DNA of 61,964 nt from a virus. The notes beneath the pieces were generated by a model. It saw only the letters and a list, made by a program, of their open reading frames with translations, had not been told where the DNA came from and ran no database searches. The translations under genes and the position numbers were made by a program. The stretch lies in IMG/VR virus record IMGVR_UViG_3300029944_000009; one strand, written 5' to 3'. Shown here in pieces: positions 44,268-53,817 of the stretch; within the stretch, counting starts at the first letter, position 1, and every line of letters starts with the position of its first letter.

Positions 44268-44792
44268 ATGGAAGCCCAAACGCTAGAACGCCAAGCCGCC
44301 GAGGACGCCCCCCTCGTACGTACCGCCACGCAATCCGATTTCGCTTCGGTGATGGACCTGTGCCTAGCCTGCCACCACGAGAACGGCTTCGTTAAAGCCA
44401 ACCGGCAGAAGATGGCCAACGATATTTGGGCGGGGCTCACACGGGAGCGCGCTATCGTCGGCATTATCGGCGGCTTGAACGGCAAGCCAGCCGAGGCGTG
44501 CGTCGTTCTACGACTCAGCACCATTGATTATTCCGACGATGACGCCTTCACGGACCAGTTTGTTTATGTCGCCGAGCCGTACCGGCGCGAGAAGATCGGC
44601 CGGGCCAAGTTGCTTCTGGAATTCGCCATGAAGGTATCCGATGACACGGGTATCCCGCTTATGATGGGCATCCTCTCGAACACACGCACTGCCGCGAAAG
44701 TTCGTCTTTACGAGCGCGTCCTCGGCAAACCGGCAGGGGCTTTCTTCCTCTACAACGCATCCACACGCATCCACCTAGAAAGCGAAGGCTAA
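44268..44792 (+). CDS. GNAT-family acetyltransferase
   Basis: VYVAEPYRREKIGRAKLLLEFAMK fits GNAT motif A. Confidence 0.65.
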   Translation: MEAQTLERQAAEDAPLVRTATQSDFASVMDLCLACHHENGFVKANRQKMANDIWAGLTRERAIVGIIGGLNGKPAEACVVLRLSTIDYSDDDAFTDQFVYVAEPYRREKIGRAKLLLEFAMKVSDDTGIPLMMGILSNTRTAAKVRLYERVLGKPAGAFFLYNASTRIHLESEG

Positions 44793-44798
44793 ACCCCC

Positions 44799-47700
44799 AT
44801 GGGCGGCAAGAACAGCACCAGTACCAATCAGGTCAGTATTCCGCCGCAGGTTCTGGCGCAGTACAACGCCGTCAACGCCAACGCCGCTTCTGTCGCGAGC
44901 ACGCCCTTCCAGCAATATAGCACCAACCCCAATGCCTTTGTCGCGCCGCTCACGGCTGAACAGAACCAGGGAATATCCGCCACAAATCAGTACGCCAACT
45001 CCGCGCAGCCGTTTTACGGCGCGGCGGGAAGCACGTTAGCTAATAACGTTGGCACGAGCGATTACAACGCAGCCACCGGCCTCGCGGCCAATAACGTAGC
45101 CGCGCCGCTCTATGGCGCGGCGACAGCCGAAACAGTGGCTGGTTCCGGGCAGGCGAATGCCTCCCAGCTAAACGGCAGTGCGATCAATCAGTACCTCTCG
45201 CCGTATCTCGGAGACGTGTACGGCTCGGCCCTCGCCGGGCAGCAGATGACCAATGCGCAGCAGGCCAGCCAGCTTCAGGGCTCCGCCATCGGCTCGGGTG
45301 CCTTCGGCGGTGACCGCTCGGGCATCGCCCAGGCCAATCTCGCGTACCAGCAGAATTTGGCGAACAACCAGGTCAACGCGAACACGCTCAACACCGGGTA
45401 CCAAACCGCGCTGGGCACGGCGCAACAGCAACAAGGCGTCAATCTGTCGGCAGAACAAGCCAATCTGGCGCGCAGCACGGCCGCCGGGTCGCAGCTCGCC
45501 AATATCGGCACATCGGCTGAACAGAACCAGCTCGCCCAAGCCGGGCAACTCACGAATACCGGCACGGCGGCGGAGAACGCGCAGCTATCACAAGGACAGG
45601 CCATCGAGGGGCTCGGCACATCCGTGCAGCAGCAGGGCCTCGCTGGAGCGCAAGCCGAACAGGCAGCGGGCGCAACGCAACAGACCACCGAACAGCAGGG
45701 CGATACCGCACTTTATAACCAGTTTCTGCAACAGCAGGCTTACCCGTTCCAGACGGCGCAGTTTATGGCGAACATCGCCGAGGGCACCGGCGCGCTTTCC
45801 GGCACAACCACAACCTCGACACAGCCGAGTTCCTTCTTTTCCGACAAGCGGCTGAAGGAAAACATAAAGGTTATCGGCAAGACTTACGACGGGCAGAAGA
45901 TTTACAAGTTCAATTACAAAGGCGAAAAAGCCACGCAAATCGGCTTCATGGCCCAGGACGTGGAGAAGAAACATCCGGAAGCCGTTGGCTCGGCCCTCGG
46001 ATACCGCACGGTTGACTACGACAAGGCGACGGAGAAAGCCGCGAAACGCGGGCATTTCGATACGGGCGGCGGCCTCGCAGGCCCAGACGATAAACAGGAC
46101 GACGGGGGTGTGCAGAGCATCGCGGGGGCGCAAACGCCTCCGCCCGCTCCCTCGGTTCAAGTCGATCCGCAGGACCACGCGGCTCCGCCGCCGCAGGCGC
46201 AACCAGATGTGGTGGCCAACGCCGTCGCCAAGGCTAACCCCCAGGGCTACGGCGGTGATATAAACTCGGGTTCTAAGGCGGCACCCTCGTCTTTGCCAAC
46301 TGCGGCTTGGGCGCAGAACAAAGGCAATTCTGGTGCGCAGACCATGGATCAGGTGACAAACTTGATCGGTGCTTTGGCGCGCGGGGGCCGCGCTCGTGAA
46401 GGCTTGGGGTTTGATCTCGGCGGCGCGCCAGACCCGCAAGATAATTCGCAACAACAGAAAATCAACGATGGCGGCGTGCAGCCAGTAACTACGCCCGATG
46501 CTGTATCCGCGCCCTCAGCTAAGGGCTATGTTGGAGATATTAATGCCGGCGCCAAGGCAGCGCCGTCTTCGCTGCCTACCGCCGCTTGGGCGCAGAATAA
46601 AGGCAACTCCGGCGCCCAAACCATGGACCAGATTACCAATCTGATCGGCGCGCTCAAACGCGGCGGCGGTGTTGGCTTGCGCTGGCCCGAGCACCATGAA
46701 GGTGGTGCCGCGCTGCCGGAACGCGCTGGGTTGGGTTTTGCAGATGGTGGAGATCCGCTGCCTGCGTACTACGATGCCTTGACGAACGGCGCGGGCGATC
46801 CGTATGGCGAGCTTAATAATCCGGCTATGCGTCTCGGTATTCCCTCGGGCGGCAAGCCCGGCGCGCATGGCTCGCTTATGATCGGGCACGCGCCCCCAGC
46901 CGCCCCCGGCGGCCAGGATACCGTTGCCGATATCAGCAACACCATGGGCGACTACGAGCAGGCCGCTAAAGACCTTGATAGTGCCGGAGCTTACGCAGGG
47001 GGGCTATACCAGGACGAGGCCGGGGGCGGAAGTTCGGTTGGTGCGGGCGTCCAAGGTGACAGCATGGGGCCGCGCGCGCGAGGCGGCCTCGTACCGCATA
47101 GGCAGCACCGCGATACCGGCGGCCCAACTGCGCAGCTGCCCGTGGGTGAGTGGACTAGCGACGACAGTAGCAACGGCCTGTCCGACGCAATTAGCGATTA
47201 CAACACGATCAAGGGCATGTACGGCACAGGCAAAGACGCGCTGTTTGGGCAAGCCGCGAGCGGCTCCGGTCCTAACTCTGTGGCCGCAACGCGCGGCCTC
47301 ATCGGCGCGGGCGGTGATTACAATTGGGATGGCAGCTGGACGCACGGCGCGTTGGACGGCCAAGCCGCGACTGATACCGCCCCGGCTTCGCGCGGCCTCG
47401 TAGGGGCTGGAGGCAGCTATAGCCCCGAAGCCGGGTACTTCGCCGCCGGGGGCCGGGCGCACTTCGACGATGGTGGTTATATGGGCGACGTGCAGCCCAA
47501 CCAGCCGCCGCAATTGCAGAAGCCCACGCCTCCGCCCCAGCAACAGCAGAAATCCGGCGGTATGGGGGGCCTGGGAGGTGGTGGCATGATGGGCATGCTC
47601 GCGCGCGGTGGCCGTACGGGTTTCGATAGCGGCGGGACTGCAGAAGGCGATCAGGCGGCACAAGATCAGCAGATCGCTAGTAACCCTGAGACCACAAGCA

Positions 47701-50081
47701 AAAGCGGTGGTGGCGGGGGTATGATGGGCATGGCTAAAATGTTCCTGGCCAACGGCGGCCGTACTGGTTTCGATGCGGGCGGCTCTCCAACATACAGCAC
47801 GGACGGCAATGCTACGCTGGTTGATACCGGCGGCGGAGGCGCGGATGATAGTTGGATTGACGATGCCATGCGCCTCGCCGGGAATGTTATGGGCACCAAT
47901 CAACAGCCTACCCCGCGCCCGCCGCCGCAGAACCCGGCCGCAGGTCAGGCGTCTGCTGCGCGTCCGCAAACCGCAGCCGCTCAGGTTGCCGCGCCGCCTT
48001 CAGGTGGCCTTGCGCCCACTGCGCAGACAGCACCCGCACCAACTCAGGCCCGGGCCCCGGCGCCAACGCCGCTTACCCCGCCTCCCGCCTCCCGGTCCGC
48101 CGCTCCTGCGCCGCTACCGACACAAGCGGTCGCGCCTCAGCCCATTGCGTCGCCCTCGCCTTCCTCAACCCCAGCGCAAGGTGGTTTGCAGCCAACCGGC
48201 GGCGCAGCTGTAAATCCTTATGCTTACGAAGCGGCCACAGACCAGGTGGAGAGCGGAGGCAACCCCACTGCGGTTAACCAGAACTCTGGCGCGACCGGTC
48301 TGGACCAGTTTACATCTAGGACGTATCTCCAATACGCCGCCGCGCACCCGCAACAGTTCTCGGGTATGTCTCAGGATCAGGTCCTAGCTACGCGCACGGA
48401 CCCGGCGTTCTCGCACGACGCGACGATGTGGCTAGCCAACCAGAACGCGCCTGTTCTCCAGAAAGCTGGCGTAGATCCCACACCGGAAAACCTCTACCTT
48501 GCGCACCAGCAAGGAGCCGGTGGCGCTACCGCGCTGCTTAATAACCCAAACCAGCCTGCCTTGGCGGTATTGACCGGCGTATACGGCGATCAAGCCTCGG
48601 CTGAGAAAGCGATCACGCAGAACGGCGGCAATCTGAAAATGACAGCCGGGGAGTTTGCTAGCACGATCACCGGTAGGTATGACGCAGCCGCGCAGAAAGT
48701 GGGCGATAGCTGGCAGAATGGCGGCAATTTCCCCAGCCTACCGGCGCCGGGCAGCGCGCCCAGCGGCCTCGCAGGTGCGGGCACCACAACCAGCCCCGTC
48801 GCGCAGAAGATCGCGGACACGAACCGCGCTGAAACGGATCAAAATACGTGGTTTGGTAAAAACCAGAACTGGCTCGTACCGGTGCTAACCGGCCTTGGCG
48901 GCATGGCGTCCTCGAACTCGCGTTACCTCGGCTCTGCCGCGCTGCAAGGTTTAGGCGCGGGGGCCGCTGCTTACGAGGGTACACAGAACGCTATGGGCGA
49001 GCGCGCTCACCAGGCTTTGGAGAGCGCGCAGCAACCTGCGCAGCAAGCAATTTCTGAGCAACAGGCTCAGGCCAGCACCATGGGAGGCGAAGCCTCTCTC
49101 GCAAGCCAGCGCACGCTCTCGTACGTATACGGCCAAGGCTACATGTTTACGGACAAGACAACGAACCCGCCAACCGTGCAGTACCTCAACCCGGCGCAAG
49201 CCCAGAGTATCGCCAATTCCGGCGCCGCGACACTTGCGCCCGGCACGCCACCACCGGCCGGAGCCTCTAGCGCGCCAACGCAAAACCCAGCTGGCTCTTA
49301 CGATAAGGGCGGGAACTACGTGCCCACTCCGGTAGCGGCACCCGGGGAGTACCCGGATACGCGGCAGCTTGTGACGCAATTATCCCTGGCTGGCTCGTTC
49401 AACCAACAGCACGCTGCCGACGCCCAGACCGTGGCGCAACAGGACCAGGCCAGTAGAGGTGCGCAGCAAGGGCAAACTATCGTCCAAGGCATGCTTAATG
49501 ACGCCCGCAGCCTGCCAAGCACGAGCCTTGGCGCGTTGGGCAGCGCAAAACTGGACTACGGCAATAAGCTAAATTCCGTGGCCTCCGCTCTCGGCCTCCA
49601 ACCTGTTGTGGCGCCGGGCGACCTCGCTAATGCGGAGGCTATCAACAAGGGCGCCGTGCAGTTGGCCTCGACCTTAGCCTCATCCATCGGCGGCGGTGGA
49701 GCTGAAGTTTTCCAAGACGCGCTTAGCGGTGTGCCGCACATGGGCAATACTCCGGCGGGCTTTGCGCGCCTGGCCTCTACCATAAACCAGATGCAGCAAT
49801 ATACCCGCGATACGGCTAGTTGGGATGATGGCTTTATTTCTAAATACGGCGTGATCCAGGGCGCGCAGGACAAGTTCGCCGCGCAGAAACCACCGCAGTC
49901 ATACGTCAACGCGGCTATAATGCAGGCCATCAACCCGAAAGACGTTTCCAACTGGACGCCAATGGTACAGAAATACGCTAACAACCCCCAGGCGCTAGCT
50001 AATTTTGAGGCGAGTATCGACAACATTTATGGTGGTGGCGCGGGCGCCGTGTTTGTGAATTCAGTCAATGGCAAGCAGTAA
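44799..50081 (+). CDS. 1760-aa ejection/internal-core protein carrying a Peptidase_S74 module and a lytic transglycosylase domain
   Basis: Q/N/A-rich N-terminus, SDKRLKENI... (S74), repeated GGR..GG motifs, a Pro/Ala-rich linker, an SLT motif, and a long C-terminal region. Confidence 0.85.
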   Translation: MGGKNSTSTNQVSIPPQVLAQYNAVNANAASVASTPFQQYSTNPNAFVAPLTAEQNQGISATNQYANSAQPFYGAAGSTLANNVGTSDYNAATGLAANNVAAPLYGAATAETVAGSGQANASQLNGSAINQYLSPYLGDVYGSALAGQQMTNAQQASQLQGSAIGSGAFGGDRSGIAQANLAYQQNLANNQVNANTLNTGYQTALGTAQQQQGVNLSAEQANLARSTAAGSQLANIGTSAEQNQLAQAGQLTNTGTAAENAQLSQGQAIEGLGTSVQQQGLAGAQAEQAAGATQQTTEQQGDTALYNQFLQQQAYPFQTAQFMANIAEGTGALSGTTTTSTQPSSFFSDKRLKENIKVIGKTYDGQKIYKFNYKGEKATQIGFMAQDVEKKHPEAVGSALGYRTVDYDKATEKAAKRGHFDTGGGLAGPDDKQDDGGVQSIAGAQTPPPAPSVQVDPQDHAAPPPQAQPDVVANAVAKANPQGYGGDINSGSKAAPSSLPTAAWAQNKGNSGAQTMDQVTNLIGALARGGRAREGLGFDLGGAPDPQDNSQQQKINDGGVQPVTTPDAVSAPSAKGYVGDINAGAKAAPSSLPTAAWAQNKGNSGAQTMDQITNLIGALKRGGGVGLRWPEHHEGGAALPERAGLGFADGGDPLPAYYDALTNGAGDPYGELNNPAMRLGIPSGGKPGAHGSLMIGHAPPAAPGGQDTVADISNTMGDYEQAAKDLDSAGAYAGGLYQDEAGGGSSVGAGVQGDSMGPRARGGLVPHRQHRDTGGPTAQLPVGEWTSDDSSNGLSDAISDYNTIKGMYGTGKDALFGQAASGSGPNSVAATRGLIGAGGDYNWDGSWTHGALDGQAATDTAPASRGLVGAGGSYSPEAGYFAAGGRAHFDDGGYMGDVQPNQPPQLQKPTPPPQQQQKSGGMGGLGGGGMMGMLARGGRTGFDSGGTAEGDQAAQDQQIASNPETTSKSGGGGGMMGMAKMFLANGGRTGFDAGGSPTYSTDGNATLVDTGGGGADDSWIDDAMRLAGNVMGTNQQPTPRPPPQNPAAGQASAARPQTAAAQVAAPPSGGLAPTAQTAPAPTQARAPAPTPLTPPPASRSAAPAPLPTQAVAPQPIASPSPSSTPAQGGLQPTGGAAVNPYAYEAATDQVESGGNPTAVNQNSGATGLDQFTSRTYLQYAAAHPQQFSGMSQDQVLATRTDPAFSHDATMWLANQNAPVLQKAGVDPTPENLYLAHQQGAGGATALLNNPNQPALAVLTGVYGDQASAEKAITQNGGNLKMTAGEFASTITGRYDAAAQKVGDSWQNGGNFPSLPAPGSAPSGLAGAGTTTSPVAQKIADTNRAETDQNTWFGKNQNWLVPVLTGLGGMASSNSRYLGSAALQGLGAGAAAYEGTQNAMGERAHQALESAQQPAQQAISEQQAQASTMGGEASLASQRTLSYVYGQGYMFTDKTTNPPTVQYLNPAQAQSIANSGAATLAPGTPPPAGASSAPTQNPAGSYDKGGNYVPTPVAAPGEYPDTRQLVTQLSLAGSFNQQHAADAQTVAQQDQASRGAQQGQTIVQGMLNDARSLPSTSLGALGSAKLDYGNKLNSVASALGLQPVVAPGDLANAEAINKGAVQLASTLASSIGGGGAEVFQDALSGVPHMGNTPAGFARLASTINQMQQYTRDTASWDDGFISKYGVIQGAQDKFAAQKPPQSYVNAAIMQAINPKDVSNWTPMVQKYANNPQALANFEASIDNIYGGGAGAVFVNSVNGKQ
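45840..46055 (+). other. Peptidase_S74 intramolecular-chaperone autoproteolysis domain, residues about 348-420 of the 1760-aa protein
   Basis: S348-DKRLKENIKVIGKTYDGQKIYKFNYKGEKATQIGFMAQDVEKKHPEAV...YRTVDYDK. Confidence 0.8.
48213..48555 (+). other. Lytic transglycosylase (SLT-like) domain within the 1760-aa protein
   Basis: DQVESGGNPTAVNQNSGATGLDQFT...YLAHQQGAGGA. Confidence 0.75.
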
Positions 50082-52461
50082 CGATCTCCCGCAGCTTCCG
50101 CCGTCGGTATACGCTGCCGGCGATGCACCCCCGGCGCCCGCGCCGCAGACCGGCTCCGCGTCTGCGGCGCAACCCTTGCCGCAGCTCCCCGCCTCAGTTT
50201 ATGCGCCTCCACCCGCTGCAGGCATGCCGGGTGGCCCTGCCGCGCCGAATTACAGCAACGCCTCGTGGGGCGATGTGGGCAAAGCCGCGCTGCAAGCGCT
50301 CCCCGCTTCCGCTTTGGCCACCGGTAAGGGTATCGCCCAATCACTCAATCCCCTGAACCAGGGCGGTACCGGCTGGGCAAGTCCGGTGGGCGGCACCACT
50401 TGGGCAAATGCTACAGGCATCGTGCCGACAGTGGCTAAGGCTGCCTTCGGCGCGGGCGAGGAGCTTGGCAACTCCGTTGGCGATGCGCTGGGCATGTCTC
50501 CTGGCACTGATACAAGCGATTCGAGCACGGCCGCTTTCAACGCGCTTAAGCAACACTATGGTCAGTATACATCCGAAGGCGGCATTAAGAACGCTATCGC
50601 CACAAATCCGGTTGGCACGGCCTTGGACGCAGCAACGGTAGCCGTGCCGACGCTATCCGCCGTTGGTAAAGTAGACGCGGCCACGGCCGCTGGCGTTGCG
50701 GATCGGTCTGGCGCGCTCACAGCACCCGCCAAAGCAGCCGTAAGCCAAGCATTCCCGGCCACGCCCGCAACGGCCTTTACCAACCCTGAATTTACCCAGG
50801 CTTTCGGCGAGGCCGCGCTGCCCGCCGGTAAGAGCATCTCCAGCGCCACGGCGAAAGAGGCCCTTCTCAAATCGCAAGGTCTCCCGGCGCCTACACCTGT
50901 CGTCACCGGCATAGCCGGGCCGCCGGGCGCCGCTACTGACGCGATCGCAGCCGGGCGCCAAGCGGTCGCATTCAAAGTCGCCAATATCGCGGCGCCGTTA
51001 GCCAAGGATGACACAAGCCTGGGCGCGGCCCTCGCGCGTGCTCGGGCGAATTCGCTCAACAACATTGATAGCCTGTACGACAGCACGCGCGATGTTGACG
51101 GAACACTCACCCCTGGATTTTCCCAGGGGCTTATCGACAATGTCCATGCTGCGGTAGACGCGAGTAGCAAGGGTTCCACGCTATCTTCTAAGATTGTAAA
51201 CGCACCCCTGACCTACCCTCAGACGCAGGCCGCCCTCGCGGCGCTACAGAAAAACGTGATCAGTGCGGATGCTGGCGGCATGCCGATGACCCCCGCAGAT
51301 ATGGCGGATGTTCGAACCGAACTGGGTACCATTCAGGGCATGGCCAAGAACGGCAATGACGCGCGGATGGTCGGGGCGATAAAAAGCGCTTTTGACGATC
51401 ACATGGCCGATCAATATAGCAACGGCGCTTTGCTCGATGAAAACGGCGCCGTAAGCCCGAACAGCGCGGATTTAGGCGCCAAGCTCGCGGCCGCACGCTC
51501 GGCGTATCAAACCCACGCCAATACCTTCTGGCAGCCTGACGGCTGGGCCGGGCAACAAGTCGCCAAAGCCACGAACCTGCTGCCAGGCGAAAGTGTGGAC
51601 GACAACACCGGGCTTAAAATCCCAGGCGCCGGAGATCAAGGAAAAGCGCAAGGCCAGCTAATCAACAGCATCCTCAACCCCGCTACCCTTGCGAACAAAC
51701 CCGGTGGTCTTGGCGTTTACGATACGCTGGCCGGCACGGACGCTTCGCCCGGCCTGCTCGACGATGAAGGTAAGGCTGCGCTCAACGCGCATATCCGCCA
51801 GCTCGCTGGGCAGACTAACAACGGCGTCCTGGCCGCTAAGCCGGGCGCTGTGAGCGCTTTTGCGCAATCGCCCCTTGGCCAGCGTGTATTTTCACCAGAA
51901 GAGCAAACGGCACTGCACCAGCTGAGCGCGGCCGATGACTTATATACCGCGAAACCAGCACCAGGAACACGCACACAGTCATTAGTTCATGCACTGGTAG
52001 GTCAGGGCGCCCGGGCGGGTGCGGCTGGTATAGCGGGCGCCGCAGCGGGCCATATGCTCGGCGCCGGGCCGTTCGGTGCTGTAGTGGGCGGCATCGCAGG
52101 GACCGCAGCAGAGCATGTGGTTGACCCGCTTGTGCAACGCTTTACCGGTGCGTCCAGTGAAGGCGCCCCCGCGTCGGTGGTACCTCGTATCGCGAACAAT
52201 TTGGGTACGCCCATCCGCAAAGGATTTCCAATGGCCGCAGCTGCTAACGTATCCCAGAACGCCCAGCCACACGCCAACGGCGGCCGCATCGGGCGCAAAG
52301 AAGGCGGCAAGGTTGGGTTCGACCACGTGGCGAAGGCGGCTTCTCTCGTACGCGCCGCCGCCATCGCGCGGGGCAAGCACAATAAGACCACGGAACCGTT
52401 GCTAGACCAGCCAGATGAGGCCATTACAAAAGCCCTGGCCATCGCGAACCAGCACTTTTAG
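50068..52461 (+). CDS. Internal-core/ejection protein, positionally like T7 gp15
   Basis: 797 aa and Ala/Gly-rich. Overlaps the upstream gene by 14 nt. Confidence 0.65.
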   Translation: MASSNDLPQLPPSVYAAGDAPPAPAPQTGSASAAQPLPQLPASVYAPPPAAGMPGGPAAPNYSNASWGDVGKAALQALPASALATGKGIAQSLNPLNQGGTGWASPVGGTTWANATGIVPTVAKAAFGAGEELGNSVGDALGMSPGTDTSDSSTAAFNALKQHYGQYTSEGGIKNAIATNPVGTALDAATVAVPTLSAVGKVDAATAAGVADRSGALTAPAKAAVSQAFPATPATAFTNPEFTQAFGEAALPAGKSISSATAKEALLKSQGLPAPTPVVTGIAGPPGAATDAIAAGRQAVAFKVANIAAPLAKDDTSLGAALARARANSLNNIDSLYDSTRDVDGTLTPGFSQGLIDNVHAAVDASSKGSTLSSKIVNAPLTYPQTQAALAALQKNVISADAGGMPMTPADMADVRTELGTIQGMAKNGNDARMVGAIKSAFDDHMADQYSNGALLDENGAVSPNSADLGAKLAAARSAYQTHANTFWQPDGWAGQQVAKATNLLPGESVDDNTGLKIPGAGDQGKAQGQLINSILNPATLANKPGGLGVYDTLAGTDASPGLLDDEGKAALNAHIRQLAGQTNNGVLAAKPGAVSAFAQSPLGQRVFSPEEQTALHQLSAADDLYTAKPAPGTRTQSLVHALVGQGARAGAAGIAGAAAGHMLGAGPFGAVVGGIAGTAAEHVVDPLVQRFTGASSEGAPASVVPRIANNLGTPIRKGFPMAAAANVSQNAQPHANGGRIGRKEGGKVGFDHVAKAASLVRAAAIARGKHNKTTEPLLDQPDEAITKALAIANQHF

Positions 52462-52470
52462 GATACCGGC

Positions 52471-53817
52471 ATGACAACGAATAGAAATCTATCGACTCCC
52501 GCAAACGGCGCCGATGTCGGGACGTGGGATGCCAACCTTAACGGGAACTTCATTGTCATAGATGCATCCTTAGGTACCGCAACCACGTTAAGCCAAACAG
52601 CAGCGGGCACGTACCCCCTTACCACGGTGATATCCGGCTCCGGGCTAAGCGCAGTGGCGCAATATCAGGCGGCTATTTTCGTCGTTACCGGAACGCTTAC
52701 CGGCAACGTGGTCTACCAAATCCCAGCGGGTGTTGGTGGTGAATGGACGATCAATGCGTTGGCGCTTCAGCCCGCGGGTTTCACCTGCACTTTCACGTCG
52801 GCAACAGGCGGCGGGACGTCCGTGTCTCTGGCGGGTGGCTCAACAGCCTATATCTATTGCGATGGCACGAACGTCCGCAGCCAAACGGTTCCAGGAAACT
52901 ACAACGCTATCGTGACCAATGCAGGCACCAGCGGGGCGTTGGCCGCTGCGCAATCTGGCGCGTTCATAGAGCTAACGAGTGCGACTTCGGGCAGCTTCGC
53001 GCTGCCGTCGCCAGCAACTGGCGCGCCGGTCACGTTTACCTTCTGGACGACCCAAGCGTCTCAGACTCTCACCGCCTCGGCCGGTAGCATAACGGGGCCG
53101 GGCCTTGCTGCGGCTTCCTCGTTAGTGGTCCCTGCGAATGCCATAGTTTCGCTGACTTCGGACGGGGCCAACTGGATCGCCGCGTTTTCTGTCGCCCCGT
53201 TAGCGGGGCTGACCACCGCGCCCATGCCGCTCATCACAAACGCCAATTCCGCGCCTTTAGGCTGGAGCCAGTACAACCCGGCGACGACCAATACACCGGC
53301 GGCTTCCACTACCGGAACTCTCAGCACAACCAGCACGACCGGGAGCGCGACGCCGGCCTCTGGCAACGTCATAACCCAAACGGCGTACCACGTATCTGGC
53401 GATAATTCATATTTTAGAACGAACCCGAATAACGGCGGCTGGTCTGCTTGGCAGCAAGTAGTGTCCCTTACGGCTGGGGCGAACGCGGTCCCGGTAGGGG
53501 CGTCCGCTAGCGTGGTTCCCGGGACCGTAGCCACCGCTACGACGCCCGCTTTCACCGCACCTAGCAGCGGCGCGTTAATGATTGCTGTGACGTTTTCCTA
53601 CGCTAACATTCTTCCACTACCGACGACTACTACCACTACATCCTTGGGCGGCCTTGTGCAGCTTACCGGCCCCTTGCCATTAAACACGCAAGTTTTCTGG
53701 TATTATTTGCCCATGGCGACCGGCCAAAACACAACAATAACCGGGCAGCTCGTGAGTACGGGCGGAAGCGTCAACATGTCAGTTGGTGTTGCGGCTTTCT
53801 TCCTGCCGTTAGCCTAA
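52471..53817 (+). CDS. Tail fibre protein
   Basis: Last gene of the late arm. Thr/Ser/Ala/Gly-rich. Shares a domain with 24770..25918. Confidence 0.65.
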   Translation: MTTNRNLSTPANGADVGTWDANLNGNFIVIDASLGTATTLSQTAAGTYPLTTVISGSGLSAVAQYQAAIFVVTGTLTGNVVYQIPAGVGGEWTINALALQPAGFTCTFTSATGGGTSVSLAGGSTAYIYCDGTNVRSQTVPGNYNAIVTNAGTSGALAAAQSGAFIELTSATSGSFALPSPATGAPVTFTFWTTQASQTLTASAGSITGPGLAAASSLVVPANAIVSLTSDGANWIAAFSVAPLAGLTTAPMPLITNANSAPLGWSQYNPATTNTPAASTTGTLSTTSTTGSATPASGNVITQTAYHVSGDNSYFRTNPNNGGWSAWQQVVSLTAGANAVPVGASASVVPGTVATATTPAFTAPSSGALMIAVTFSYANILPLPTTTTTTSLGGLVQLTGPLPLNTQVFWYYLPMATGQNTTITGQLVSTGGSVNMSVGVAAFFLPLA

